This document shows, piece after piece, positions 10,793 to 21,769 of a stretch of 64,000 nt of DNA (position 1 is the stretch's first letter; the number at the start of each line of letters is the position of its first letter). Both the position numbers and the translations under genes were made by a program. The notes beneath the pieces were generated by a model. It was not told the DNA's origin, did no database searches, and saw only the letters and a program-made list of their open reading frames with translations. The stretch is from Promethearchaeota archaeon (GTDB taxonomy: Archaea; Asgardarchaeota; Lokiarchaeia; Sigyniarchaeales; SOKP01). The DNA is taken from NCBI GenBank assembly GCA_048941265.1, contig JBHLNT010000003.1, positions 20,701-84,700 on the forward strand, read 5' to 3'.

Positions 10793-11701
10793 TTAATCAA
10801 CATGAGCTGATATAACTAAATCAGCGAATAATTTCATATCTTTTAACAAAGTATTGAGCTTATCTTGTGATTCCATATCAAGTTCTTCAGATTTCATTAT
10901 GAGTACTGATAAAATATACTTAAAAATGTGCAGCTCAATTTCTTTTCCATCATCACTTTGCCCTTTAAATGCTGCTGAATCATTCATAAATATGTTTTCC
11001 CGAACTGTGTTGCATGCATTTATGAAATCTCTTAAATCGCCCCTCAATGTTAATCCACTGCTAACTCCTTGAACATTATGGACAATTACATTTCCAGATA
11101 TATCAGAAATGATTATTTTCGCTTTAATTTCTTCAAGGCGCTCTTCTGCTTTTTCTACATGCGATTTTAAATCAGCATATGATGCAATCAATATATCTCG
11201 AAAAGTTTTTGCCAATTTATCCTGGTCATATATACTCGTAAGCATATATTCAAATTCGTAGTCCTTAAATATATCTATAAAAATTTCTTTTGCCTTTTTT
11301 ACATTGGTATCCAATAACTCTTTCTCATATTGTTCAGAATCGTATTTATGGAGGAATAGAAATACTTTTGGCTTCTCATTATTCTTTCGGTAAATATCAA
11401 GTAGGCCCTTGAAATATTCTTTTGCCTGTTCAAAATTTTTCGGATCATGAAGATCAACGATCGGTATTAGAATATCCGTTCCCCTAAATATATCTGGTTT
11501 TTCCATGTATTCTTTTCTATATTGCTCCTGGCCACCAAAATCAAAGATCCCTACTTGTAGTCCAAGGAACGGGTGTCTTCTAGTTTCATATAATATCGTG
11601 GGGCTTAACGCTTTTGTATCTTGAGGTGATTTTTCTGCAAATGCTACACTATATAAGGAGGTCTTTCCGCATCCCCCTAATCCTACTAAGCTAATTTTCA
11701 T
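10793..11701 (-). CDS. Rag/Gtr1-like small GTPase with C-terminal roadblock/longin-like domain
   Basis: GLGGCGKTS, SPT, DFGGQ, LHKYD and TSIYD (Rag-type G4/G5); ~120-aa alpha/beta C-terminal extension. Confidence 0.8.
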   Translation of the reverse strand: MKISLVGLGGCGKTSLYSVAFAEKSPQDTKALSPTILYETRRHPFLGLQVGIFDFGGQEQYRKEYMEKPDIFRGTDILIPIVDLHDPKNFEQAKEYFKGLLDIYRKNNEKPKVFLFLHKYDSEQYEKELLDTNVKKAKEIFIDIFKDYEFEYMLTSIYDQDKLAKTFRDILIASYADLKSHVEKAEERLEEIKAKIIISDISGNVIVHNVQGVSSGLTLRGDLRDFINACNTVRENIFMNDSAAFKGQSDDGKEIELHIFKYILSVLIMKSEELDMESQDKLNTLLKDMKLFADLVISAHVD

Positions 11702-11801
11702 TTTTGCAAGCCTCTTAAATTATGTATATTATTAATTAATCACTTCATTTAACTTTTGATTGGTATCATTCGTTTTAACTTTTTCTTGCTAATTTTTTAT
11801 T

Positions 11802-13280
11802 TTATTCTTTTTTTGCCTCAAATTTTATAGTTCTTGAAAATATTTTACCATATAATTCAGATGTAGCTTCAAGAAGAACAGCACCCTCTAAAGAATCAAC
11901 TGGATAATCTACATCAATTGATTCATAAGGAAATATTTCTTTAATGGTGGTTATCCAAGGTTTACTCTCAAAAACTTCATCTATCGTAGCAATTCGAATT
12001 TGAATTTTTTCTAAAGTGAATCCTGCTGTATTTGTTATAGTCAAGTTAAGTTTTTTTTTCTTTTCATCTAATAATTTAGTTACAGATATAGCGCGTCTCG
12101 TACCAAATACCGACTTAGCTTGCTCACTTATCTCTTTGGTTTCAATTCTAGATTCCTCTTCATCTATCATATCTTTCACAATAAAGACTTTTCTTTTTTG
12201 GATAGTATATTGGCTTACTTTCTTTAATTTTCCTAAAAACAATACTGCGTTTAAATTTATGGCATTATATGGTTCGATTGTTAAATATCCTTTTTTAGCA
12301 GCATCTTCAATAATTTCAGCTCCGATTGAAGTTCTTGCAAATACCGTATTCTTATTTGCTCCCGAACCAACTGATCCGACAGAAATATCCGCATTTTCAG
12401 CAGTTAAATCTGTACAAAAACTACATGAAGAGCTTTTATATTTATGAAGGGTATTTATAGTATATGATTTTATAGGTTCTTCTTGGTTCTCGTAATATAA
12501 ATTAAATTTACCTTTATTAATATCCATTTTTACAACTTTAGCTAAATCTATGCCATCGTTCTGAAACATAGGGTATAAAGTTTCAGGAGAAAAACTATCC
12601 ATACAAAACAGCCCTATTGTTAAAATATGAGCCCTCATAAAGTATTTAAGCATACCTGAGGGAGAATTATACATTTTATATACTGCATCGATGTTGCAGG
12701 GAGTCCCTACGAAAGCAATTGATCTATAATCCGCGCGTATGGCATCCATTAAAGAATCTACAGTTTGACTGTGTGCATATATTGAACCAGAGGATTTAAT
12801 CGCATCATCCTTACTAGTAATTATTTGGGCAATAGGATACCAAGGTTTATCTGGATCTTTCATGGTAACAATCGCAGCATCGATTAGATGTTCATCAAAC
12901 AAATAACATAAGAGGCTAGTAACTGTACCTCCATCTTGGCCTCCAATTACTTCAGGGATGTTTGTATTGGCTACATATCCGCTTTTAAACTCACCTATAA
13001 GTTGGACTGGATCTGTAATTGTACGGGGGCATTGATTGTAACATATTCCACAGCCAGTACATTTTCCTATTAACTTAGGTTGTCCAGTGAGATGATCCCA
13101 CTCTAAGACAGGACATACAGCAGCACAAGTTCCACATTGAGTGCAAATTCCTGATCTTACGATTTCTTTCATCAACATTCCAAAAGAATCCTTCTTACCT
13201 TCAAGCTTCTTCTGGATAAAGTCAAACGAATATTTATACTTAGAGTCAGCTTGTTCGTGTTTAACTTCTTCTTCTGTCAT
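11802..13280 (-). CDS. FrhB/FdhB-family F420-dependent oxidoreductase subunit with 2x[4Fe-4S] and C-terminal Ig-like extension
   Basis: Two CxxCxxCxxxCP motifs, GQDGGTVT, VGTPC, GLFCM, CSFCTD, ADISVGSVG. Confidence 0.85.
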   Translation of the reverse strand: MTEEEVKHEQADSKYKYSFDFIQKKLEGKKDSFGMLMKEIVRSGICTQCGTCAAVCPVLEWDHLTGQPKLIGKCTGCGICYNQCPRTITDPVQLIGEFKSGYVANTNIPEVIGGQDGGTVTSLLCYLFDEHLIDAAIVTMKDPDKPWYPIAQIITSKDDAIKSSGSIYAHSQTVDSLMDAIRADYRSIAFVGTPCNIDAVYKMYNSPSGMLKYFMRAHILTIGLFCMDSFSPETLYPMFQNDGIDLAKVVKMDINKGKFNLYYENQEEPIKSYTINTLHKYKSSSCSFCTDLTAENADISVGSVGSGANKNTVFARTSIGAEIIEDAAKKGYLTIEPYNAINLNAVLFLGKLKKVSQYTIQKRKVFIVKDMIDEEESRIETKEISEQAKSVFGTRRAISVTKLLDEKKKKLNLTITNTAGFTLEKIQIRIATIDEVFESKPWITTIKEIFPYESIDVDYPVDSLEGAVLLEATSELYGKIFSRTIKFEAKKE

Positions 13281-13462
13281 ATTTAATACTTAAAATCAAG
13301 TCTATGTTTAATTATTCTAATTGTAATATTATTTATTGAAAATTAAATATAACAAAAAAAACTTATTAATTACGTTAAGAAGTACACTAAAAATTTAACT
13401 TATTTTTAAAAATAATTTGAGATTTTATGGTCCTAGATCCAAGTGTAAATTGACAATGATAA

Positions 13463-14899
13463 TCAATCATGTAAAATTGGTTTTCTTGCAGCTTGGACTG
13501 CATCTAAACGCTTAACTGGAGTAGTATGAGGGGAATTTTTAAGTAGTTCAGGATTAACCTTTGCTTCTTCATAGACATTTAACATAACATTAACAAAATT
13601 ATCTAGAGATGCTTTAGACTCTGTTTCAGTTGGTTCAATCATCATTGCTCCGCTAACAATTAAGGGGAAATAAATTGTTGGAGCATAAATCCCATAATCA
13701 AGAATTCTTTTAGCTATATCTTCGGTAGTTATGTCATTAGGTAAATTTTTATCAGAAAGAACAAATTCATGTTGGCATAATCGTTTATAGGGTAAGTGGT
13801 ATTTTTTTTTTAATTGAACTTGTAAATAATTTGCATTTAAAACGGACATCTCTCCTACACGTCTTAAACCTTGACCTCCTAATGCAAGTAAATATGCATA
13901 TGCTCTTATGATAACACCAAAATTGCCCCAAAAACTTCTCATTCTTCCAATACTACTTTCAGAGCTTTCTCTATATTGAAAACCATCTTTATGTGAAATA
14001 ATACAGGGCTTTGGGAGAAATGGAATCAGATATTCTTTAACTCCCACTGGTCCAGAACCAGGGCCACCTCCTCCATGAGGAGTCGAAAAGGTTTTATGTA
14101 AATTCAAGTGAATAATATCGAATCCCATATCTCTTGGTCGAGAAATTCCTAATATTGGATTTAAATTAGCACCATCATAATAACATAATCCCCCATAATC
14201 ATGAACAATTTTAGTAATATCTTTAATATTCCTTTCAAATAAACCTAATGTATTAGGATTAGTTAACATGATTCCAGCAACATTATCTCCTTCCATTGCA
14301 TATTTAAGAAGATCTAATGGAATCTCTCCGTCGTTATTAGACCTTATTTTAATAATTGAAAAGCCTGCCATCTTTGTTGATGCGGGATTTGTTCCATGAG
14401 CTGATTCGGGAACAATAATCGAAATTTTTTTGTGATTTTTGGTTTCAAAATATTTTTTTATGATTAACAATCCCGTTAATTCACCATGAGCACCTGCAGC
14501 TGGCTGAAATGTAAATCCATCCATTCCCGTTATTTCACATAATAATTTAGATAATTCATTCATTAACTCAAGTGCACCCTGATTTTCTTCTTGTAGCGGA
14601 TGCAATTTAGAAAAATTCGCAAGCCGAGCTATAACCTCATTGATTTTAGGATTATATTTCATGGTACATGATCCTAAAGGATATATCCCCGTGTCGATAC
14701 CATAAGTTTTCTGGCTCAAATTTAAATAATGACGTACGATTTCAATTTCCGGTATGTTAGGTATTGGCAATTCCTCTCGCTGTAATGATTTAGGTAATAA
14801 TTCATCAATATTCACCCTTTCAACGTCCATTTTGGGAATAAAATTATTATATGGATAGTTATAACTCTTTTCAAAGATTAGTTTTAAATTTGAATGCAT
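13463..14899 (-). CDS. gcvPB: Glycine dehydrogenase (decarboxylating) subunit 2
   Basis: PLGSCTMKYNP, QPAAGAHGE, HLNLHKTFSTPHGGGGPGSGP (PLP lysine). Confidence 0.95.
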   Translation of the reverse strand: MHSNLKLIFEKSYNYPYNNFIPKMDVERVNIDELLPKSLQREELPIPNIPEIEIVRHYLNLSQKTYGIDTGIYPLGSCTMKYNPKINEVIARLANFSKLHPLQEENQGALELMNELSKLLCEITGMDGFTFQPAAGAHGELTGLLIIKKYFETKNHKKISIIVPESAHGTNPASTKMAGFSIIKIRSNNDGEIPLDLLKYAMEGDNVAGIMLTNPNTLGLFERNIKDITKIVHDYGGLCYYDGANLNPILGISRPRDMGFDIIHLNLHKTFSTPHGGGGPGSGPVGVKEYLIPFLPKPCIISHKDGFQYRESSESSIGRMRSFWGNFGVIIRAYAYLLALGGQGLRRVGEMSVLNANYLQVQLKKKYHLPYKRLCQHEFVLSDKNLPNDITTEDIAKRILDYGIYAPTIYFPLIVSGAMMIEPTETESKASLDNFVNVMLNVYEEAKVNPELLKNSPHTTPVKRLDAVQAARKPILHD

Positions 14900-14901
14900 T
14901 C

Positions 14902-16242
14902 TTAACTCCTCGATTTTGTTTTATGAATAGATATTGAGGCAGCATTAAGGAAAGCTTCAATATCAGATTTTTTATTCATTTCAGTTACACAAACTAAAGC
15001 TACATCTTTCATATCAGCAAAGTATTTAGATAATTTTAGAGGTGGTAGTAAATTTGCTTCTTTACATAAAGTTCTAAATTCATCTATATTTGGACATTTA
15101 ACTAAAAATTCATTATATGTAGGTTTCTGATTTAAAATTTCAAAGCCTTCTAAATTTCCTAATTTGTGTTTAACATAATTTGCCTTTTGAAAATTCTGCT
15201 CCGCAATTTCCCTCAGGCCTGTTTTCCCAAGAGAAATCAGATATATTAATGCTGCCAATGAACATAAGGATTGATTTGTGCAAATATTTGAGATTGCCTT
15301 TTCTCGACGAATGTGTTGTTCGCGTGCTTGTAATGTTAATATAAAACCCTCTTTTTCACCATTGATTTCTTTAGTTTTACCAATCAATCTGCCTGGAACT
15401 TTGCGTAAGAAGAGATCTTTAGCGGTAAAGATTCCTAATCCAGGTCCTCCAAAGGACGGAGCAATTCCCAGTGATTGGCCCTCTGCAACAAATATATCTA
15501 TATCTAATTCTCCAGGAGGTTTTAGTATCCCTAAGCATGTCAAATCCGTCATTACCTGAATTATTAAACATTGATGGACAATCGATCTAATTTTTTCTAC
15601 TAAAGATGGAACATTTTCTATATCTCCAAAAAAATTAGGACTTTGAAAAAGAACTGCTGCAATATCCTCATTTAATTTTGAAAATAGCAATTTCTCCGAG
15701 ACAATTTCATATTCGATATGATAACCCCAACAATAGGTTTTGACTACCTCTAAATATTCTGGATGAATACCCTCTAATAATAGAATTTTATTTTTTTGGG
15801 TAATGATAGTCGAAATAATGGCTGCTTCTGCGAGCGCCGTAGAACCATCATACATGCTTGCGTTAGCGACGTCCATTCTTGTTAACCTAGAAATCGCTGA
15901 TTGATACTCAAAAATTGCTTGTAAATAGCCTTGACTAGCCTCTGATTGGTATGGAGTATAAGAACTATAAAACTCCGATCGACTAATCACAAACTCAATT
16001 AAGGAAGGAATATAGTGATAATAACAACCAGCTCCCAAAAAAGAACTTGCATAAATCTTGTTTTTTTTTGCCAATTGTTTTAATCTTCTCAAAAGATCTG
16101 GCTCAGATAAGCCCTCTGGAAGAGAAAGTCTATTTATTTTTAATTCATTCGGAATATCCTTAAAAAGATCTTCAATAGAATTCACTCCTATAACTTTTAA
16201 CATATCTTTAATTGTTTCATTGTCATGTGGAATAAAATCCAA
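14902..16242 (-). CDS. gcvPA: Glycine dehydrogenase (decarboxylating) subunit 1
   Basis: FLGAGCY, YTPYQSEASQG, NASMYDG, LQAREQHIRREKAISNICTNQ. Confidence 0.95.
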   Translation of the reverse strand: MDFIPHDNETIKDMLKVIGVNSIEDLFKDIPNELKINRLSLPEGLSEPDLLRRLKQLAKKNKIYASSFLGAGCYYHYIPSLIEFVISRSEFYSSYTPYQSEASQGYLQAIFEYQSAISRLTRMDVANASMYDGSTALAEAAIISTIITQKNKILLLEGIHPEYLEVVKTYCWGYHIEYEIVSEKLLFSKLNEDIAAVLFQSPNFFGDIENVPSLVEKIRSIVHQCLIIQVMTDLTCLGILKPPGELDIDIFVAEGQSLGIAPSFGGPGLGIFTAKDLFLRKVPGRLIGKTKEINGEKEGFILTLQAREQHIRREKAISNICTNQSLCSLAALIYLISLGKTGLREIAEQNFQKANYVKHKLGNLEGFEILNQKPTYNEFLVKCPNIDEFRTLCKEANLLPPLKLSKYFADMKDVALVCVTEMNKKSDIEAFLNAASISIHKTKSRS

Positions 16243-16292
16243 ATTCCATACCCCGCTAAATTATATTAAATTGAAATTAAATAGAGAAATCA

Positions 16293-16700
16293 TCACTGAT
16301 TTTCCTCCTCTTGAATCAATTCTTTATATTGAATTGCTGTAAGCAATGTATCTAATTCAGTTGGCTTATTGAATTTAATTTTTAAAAACCAGCCCTCTTC
16401 ATAGGGGGAGGAATTAATTAATTCGGGCTTATCACGAATTTGGCCATTTATTTCAACGATTTCACCTGATAAAGGCATATAAAACTCGTTTACAGCCTTT
16501 ACAGATTCAATTTCTCCAATCATTCTCCCTTTTTCAAAAATATCTCCAATTCGAGGTAATTCTACATATACCACATCACTAAGTTGATGTTGAGCATAAT
16601 CAGTAACACCCATTACGGCTAAATTGTTTTCTACCCTTACCCATTCATGGGATTTTGTATATTTCAACTCTGAAGGAACATTAAATTCCATTTGAATCAT
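16293..16700 (-). CDS. gcvH: Glycine cleavage system H protein
   Basis: YTKSHEW, G+TDYAQ, ESVKA lipoyl-lysine motif, PYEEGW. Confidence 0.95.
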   Translation of the reverse strand: MIQMEFNVPSELKYTKSHEWVRVENNLAVMGVTDYAQHQLSDVVYVELPRIGDIFEKGRMIGEIESVKAVNEFYMPLSGEIVEINGQIRDKPELINSSPYEEGWFLKIKFNKPTELDTLLTAIQYKELIQEEENQ

Positions 16701-16722
16701 TCAATTATTTTAATTATTTTTT

Positions 16723-17820
16723 TTAAACATTTCGATAAAAAGGTGTAGGTACTACATTACATCTCAATAATTTTTCTCGAATTTCAATTTCTAATTCGGT
16801 TCCGATGGAGCTTAAATCTTTCCTGACTAACGCTAAACCAATGGTTTTTTTTAATGTAGGTGAATACCCACCAGAAGTAACATAACCTATTTTTTCATTT
16901 TCCTTGAATAGCTTGCAATTTTCTCTTATTATCCCTCGGTCTAAAAGATTTAATCCTACGAGAATACGGGATGGTCCTTTTTTTTTTTGATTTAAAAGAG
17001 CTTTTTTTCCTGAAAAATCAATTCCATTCTTTTCTTTAACCACCCACCCAATACTCGCTTCAATTGGTGTAATAGTTTCACTAATTTCATGTCCATATAA
17101 GGAATAACACGCTTCTAAACGTAATGTATCGCGAGCACCTAATCCAACGGGTTGTGCTCCAGTTTGAAGAATAGTTTCCCATATTTTTTCTGCTTGGCGA
17201 GCGTCAGAAGATAATTCTACCCCATCTTCCCCTGTATAACCTGTTCGAGCAATGAAGATTGGTATTTTATCCAAATTACACTCCATGAAATAAAATCTTT
17301 TAAGAGCAGTTAAATTTCTATCAATTAAGGAATTGAGTAGTTCAATGCTTTTTGGACCTTGAAATGCTAAACGACATCTCTCTTTAGAAATATCTGAAAT
17401 TGATAAATCATAATCATTTATATGGTCAGAAATCCACTGGAAATCCTTAATTTTATTACTTGCATTAACTATCATTCGAAATCTTTTATTACTTTCCATG
17501 TAATATATAGTATCGTCAACAACAGTTCCATCATCATAACACATAACAGAATATTGACTTTTCCCTACTTCTAGAAGCCTTAAATCATTTGTCATTATAG
17601 ATTGAAGGAAATCGAAAGCGCCTTTACCATTGAGGAGAAATTCACCCATATGAGAAATATCAAATAAGCCTGCTTTTTTCCTAACCATTTCATGCTCCTT
17701 TATTATACTTTCATATTGTACAGGCATCAACCATCCGGCGAAATCGATGATTCTTGCTCCGTATTTTAAATGCATCTTATATAAAGGAGTCCGATGCTTA
17801 TTATTTTTTTCTGATGCCAA
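16723..17820 (-). CDS. gcvT: Glycine cleavage system aminomethyltransferase T
   Basis: FAGWLMPVQY, FDISHMGE, RTGYTGEDG, GLGARDTLRLEA. Confidence 0.95.
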   Translation of the reverse strand: MASEKNNKHRTPLYKMHLKYGARIIDFAGWLMPVQYESIIKEHEMVRKKAGLFDISHMGEFLLNGKGAFDFLQSIMTNDLRLLEVGKSQYSVMCYDDGTVVDDTIYYMESNKRFRMIVNASNKIKDFQWISDHINDYDLSISDISKERCRLAFQGPKSIELLNSLIDRNLTALKRFYFMECNLDKIPIFIARTGYTGEDGVELSSDARQAEKIWETILQTGAQPVGLGARDTLRLEACYSLYGHEISETITPIEASIGWVVKEKNGIDFSGKKALLNQKKKGPSRILVGLNLLDRGIIRENCKLFKENEKIGYVTSGGYSPTLKKTIGLALVRKDLSSIGTELEIEIREKLLRCNVVPTPFYRNV

Positions 17821-17887
17821 GTCCGTTTCATTAAAGCAAATTTGTTTTAATGGGATTTATATACAAAACAATTATTTATAATAAAAA

Positions 17888-19495
17888 CTAATTTTGTTGA
17901 GAATTCTCTAACTCCAGTTTCTCTTCAATTTTTTTTATCGCATTTGAAGCGTAAATTCGAACGACTCGATGGAAATCATTTACTCTTTTTAATAAAGCAT
18001 TTAAGGCTGGTTCGCCACCATATTCTTCTAAAAATCGAATAAGGCTCAATTTAACCTTAAAGTTTTCCTTTTCTTTCCTGCCTAAATAATCTATCAATTT
18101 TGCGGTGGACATTGTTAATCTTCTCCTTGATTCTTCCCTTTTCTCTGTAAGTAAATACGAATTTTTTTGAAAAATATGATAAATAGCATCGACAGCAACT
18201 TTCTTTATAATCCAATATGAGTATTTGTCCTCCAAAATTTTAATTAGGGGTTCTAAAGCATCTATATTCCCAATTTTTCCCATAGCAATAACGGAATTTT
18301 TTTTAACATCTACATTCTTAATATCTAATAGATTAACTAAAGGTTTAACAAATTCGTCCTTGGCAATTTCACCGAAAATAAAAGCAATACTTTCTTTTAT
18401 TGTATCATTTTCCCCCTCTAAATATGAAAATAGTTCGTTGTAAGAGGCATCTTTATTATTTAAATAAATCCTTTTTACAGAATCAAGAATATAGAATTTC
18501 ATATCTAAATCAAGATATTCATAGGAAATATCTTCGATATTTAAGACATTTAAAAGTTCAGGAACTGCGGATAGATCTCCTATTTCCCCTAAAGCTTCAA
18601 TCGAGGCGATACTAACTTCACTATATATATTATCTAAATTTACAATAAGAAAATCTACAGCATCTTTCAGTTTTAATTTTCCGACGAGTTTAATTGCATT
18701 TTTTTTAATAATGAAGTCATCTTTTAATAATAATTTGATAAGATCTTTATTCAACTCATCGCCTAATGTCTTAAATATTGCTAAAGCATTTTTCAAAAGT
18801 TCCGAATTTTCTTGTATTGAAATAGTAGTAATATTTTCCAATAAAATATTTTTATATTGGAGTAAATAGGCAAATAGTTCAGGATATTTTATCTTCAAGT
18901 AGCTCGAGTTTTCAAATGTAATGTTAATACTTGCCAATTCAAGACCAATTAAATTAATAATTTCAGCTTTATGCTCTTGGGAAAAAGTTTTATTCGTTAA
19001 AGAAGTTAGTAAGATTTTGATGCTATCCTCCGGATTAAGCATTATTAATTGATTTTTAATGAATTCTCTAATAGATTGAGTTCCATTATCTAATTCTTCG
19101 ATAAACAATTTAATTTCTGGTTCATCAAATCGAATATTAGCAATTGCCCTTAAAGATGCTTCTTTAAGGGCATTAGTGGTTGCCTCTTGTTCAAGAGCCC
19201 ATTTTAATGGCTTTAATGCTTTTTCAGACTGCGTTTCTCCGAGAGATTTTGCTGCTTCACATTTTATCTCATTATTATCGTCAGAAATCAAAATATTTTC
19301 TAAAATTTCGTAGCATTCATTCTTCAAATGACTTGAATCCTTACTTAATTTTCCCAAATAATTAATTGCTTCTTTTCGAATTTTAGTGGTTTTCCCCGTA
19401 TCGATTATTTCAGATAACATTCGAATTGAATTATTTAATCCAAGTTGTTCGCGTTTTTGAAATATTTCTTCAGGGTGAAATTTCTGATCTACCAT
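17888..19495 (-). CDS. HEAT-repeat protein
   Basis: Multiple A..ALG.IG...A+.PL..+L HEAT/PBS-lyase repeats. Confidence 0.8.
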   Translation of the reverse strand: MVDQKFHPEEIFQKREQLGLNNSIRMLSEIIDTGKTTKIRKEAINYLGKLSKDSSHLKNECYEILENILISDDNNEIKCEAAKSLGETQSEKALKPLKWALEQEATTNALKEASLRAIANIRFDEPEIKLFIEELDNGTQSIREFIKNQLIMLNPEDSIKILLTSLTNKTFSQEHKAEIINLIGLELASINITFENSSYLKIKYPELFAYLLQYKNILLENITTISIQENSELLKNALAIFKTLGDELNKDLIKLLLKDDFIIKKNAIKLVGKLKLKDAVDFLIVNLDNIYSEVSIASIEALGEIGDLSAVPELLNVLNIEDISYEYLDLDMKFYILDSVKRIYLNNKDASYNELFSYLEGENDTIKESIAFIFGEIAKDEFVKPLVNLLDIKNVDVKKNSVIAMGKIGNIDALEPLIKILEDKYSYWIIKKVAVDAIYHIFQKNSYLLTEKREESRRRLTMSTAKLIDYLGRKEKENFKVKLSLIRFLEEYGGEPALNALLKRVNDFHRVVRIYASNAIKKIEEKLELENSQQN

Positions 19496-19785
19496 AATTT
19501 TTCTTTGTTAGTTATAATATTTCATTAAAAAATTCTTCATTTATTATCAATTCTGTTGATCTTGTTTCATAATATTAATTTAATGCTTTAAAAAAACCAT
19601 CACAAATATTTATAAGATGAAAACTTTAATTTAATTTTTAATTATCATATCAAAAATTAATTACTTTTACTTAATAAGATAAATAAAAAAATATAAATAA
19701 TTATTACGTAAAAGTTTTAGTAATTATTTAAATAAAGGTATAATCATAGTTGTAAAATATATCTGAGGTGGATGTGTAAAAAATT

Positions 19786-21747
19786 ATGGAAAAAAATCAA
19801 AAGCAACGGATAGAAGAACAGAGAAAACGACGAATAGGATACTACGCATGTCAATGAGGGATTAATATTAAAGGCAAAGTTGACTGCAATAAATTAGTAG
19901 AATTTGCGAAAGAACTTGATGATGTAATCGTTTCTAAGACTCATCCATTTTTATGTACTGAAAGTGGCCAAAATCAAATCATAGAAGATATAAAGGAAAA
20001 GAACTTGGATCGAATAGTTGCAACTGCTTGAACACCGCGTACTCATGAACCAATTTATCGTGGCTCAATTGCAAAAACAGATCTTAGCCCTTATTACTTC
20101 CAAATGGTAAATGTCAGGGAACATTGTAGTTGGTGTACAGAAGACACCGAAGAAGCGACAAATAAAGCAAAAATCTTATTACAGAGTGGTATTGAAAGGG
20201 CAAAATTATTAGAGGTTGTTCCTGTTAGAACTGTCCCAGTCGAAAAAGCCACTTTAGTAATTGGTGGCGGAATTGCTGGCATGAATGCGGCACTTGATCT
20301 GGCAAATCAAGGAATTAAGGTATATCTTGTAGAAAAAAATACAACTATTGGAGGCAGAATGGCTCAACTTGATCGAACATTTCCAACAGACGATTGTGCC
20401 ATATGAATTTGTGGTCCAAAGATGCTTGAAGTTAACAGGAATGAAAACATTGAAATTATTTGTAATGCAGAAGTCACGAAGGTAGAAGGTTATGTTGGTA
20501 ACTACGAGATAACGATTGAGAAAAAACCATGGTACACAACAGAGGATTGTAATGGATGTGGAGCATGTACCGAAGTTTGTCCAACATATACCGCGAATTT
20601 TTTTGATGAATTTTTGGGTGCTCGTAAAGCAATTGATATATCATTTGGTCAGGCCGTTCCTTTTAGATATAACGTTGATCGGAATGTTTGTGTCGAATGT
20701 TTTAACTGCGTTGATGCTTGTGAGTTAAATGCTGTAGATTTTAGTCAAACTCCAGAAGATTATAAGGTAAAAGTTGGTACCATAATTATTGCAACTGGAT
20801 GGGATATTTATGAACCATTTGGCGAATATGGATATGGAGAATATGAAAATGTTATTACTCAAGCTCAGCTTGAAAGAGTGCTTGCCCCAAACGGTCCTTT
20901 AGAGGGGCACGTCCATCGCATTTCAGATGATAAAAAACCAAAAGAAATTGTATTTATTCAATGCGTTGGAAGCCGAGATACAGAAAGAACATATTGTAGC
21001 GGAGTTTGTTGCATGCTGGCTTTAAAAAATGCTAAATTGCTTAAAGAAGAATTTCCGGATGCGAACATTACAATTTGCTATATAGATATCAGAACTAATG
21101 AAAAAGGCTTTGAGGAATACTATCAACGCGCCAAAGACTCTGATATTCGCATGATAAGGGGAAAAGTTGGGGAGATTTCAGAAGATCCAGAAACTAAAAA
21201 TATAAATATTCGAGTATATTCTTCGCTGACTGATGAAATTATTAGAATTGATGCGGACTTAGTGGTACTCTCAAGTGCTGCCTTACCATCAAGAGGTACG
21301 GAACAAATTTCCAAAGTTTTAAATTTAGACGCAGATCGAAATGGATTTTTGACTGAATCTCACTTTGGGCTTATGCCCCAAGAAACTAAAGCAAAAGGAA
21401 TTTTTATTGCGGGATTTGCACAGGGACCAAAAGATATTGCCTATTCAGTATCTCAAGCCAGAGCAGCAGCGAGTAAAGTGGCAGAAATAACCTCTGCTGG
21501 AGAAATTGAACTTGAACTTATTACTGCCGAAGTTAAAAAAGATCTCTGTATTTCATGTGGAAGATGTGAAAAAGAATGTCCCAAAGGTGCTATAAAACTA
21601 AGTGATGCTGAAGGAGCTGTTGTGGATGAGATAAACTGTGATGGATGTGGAATATGTGCAACATGCTGTCCAACGCAAGCAATAGATATTCGCTATTTTC
21701 GGGATGAACAACTGTATGCTGAAATTAAAGCACTATTAGAATCTTAA
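19786..21747 (+). CDS. hdrA: Heterodisulfide reductase subunit A, selenoprotein with three in-frame UGA (Sec24, Sec82, Sec207); 653 aa
   Basis: One frame from ATG 19786 to TAA 21747 joins track ORFs 20104 and 20422. TGA at 19855 (CQ*GINI), 20029 (ATA*TPRTHE) and 20404 (DDCAI*ICGPK) match Cys in paralog 26263 (CHCGINI, ASCTPRTHE, NDCSLCILAPK). GAGGTGG upstream. Confidence 0.92.
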
Positions 21748-21769
21748 ACAAAATGGAGGTCTCTATAAA

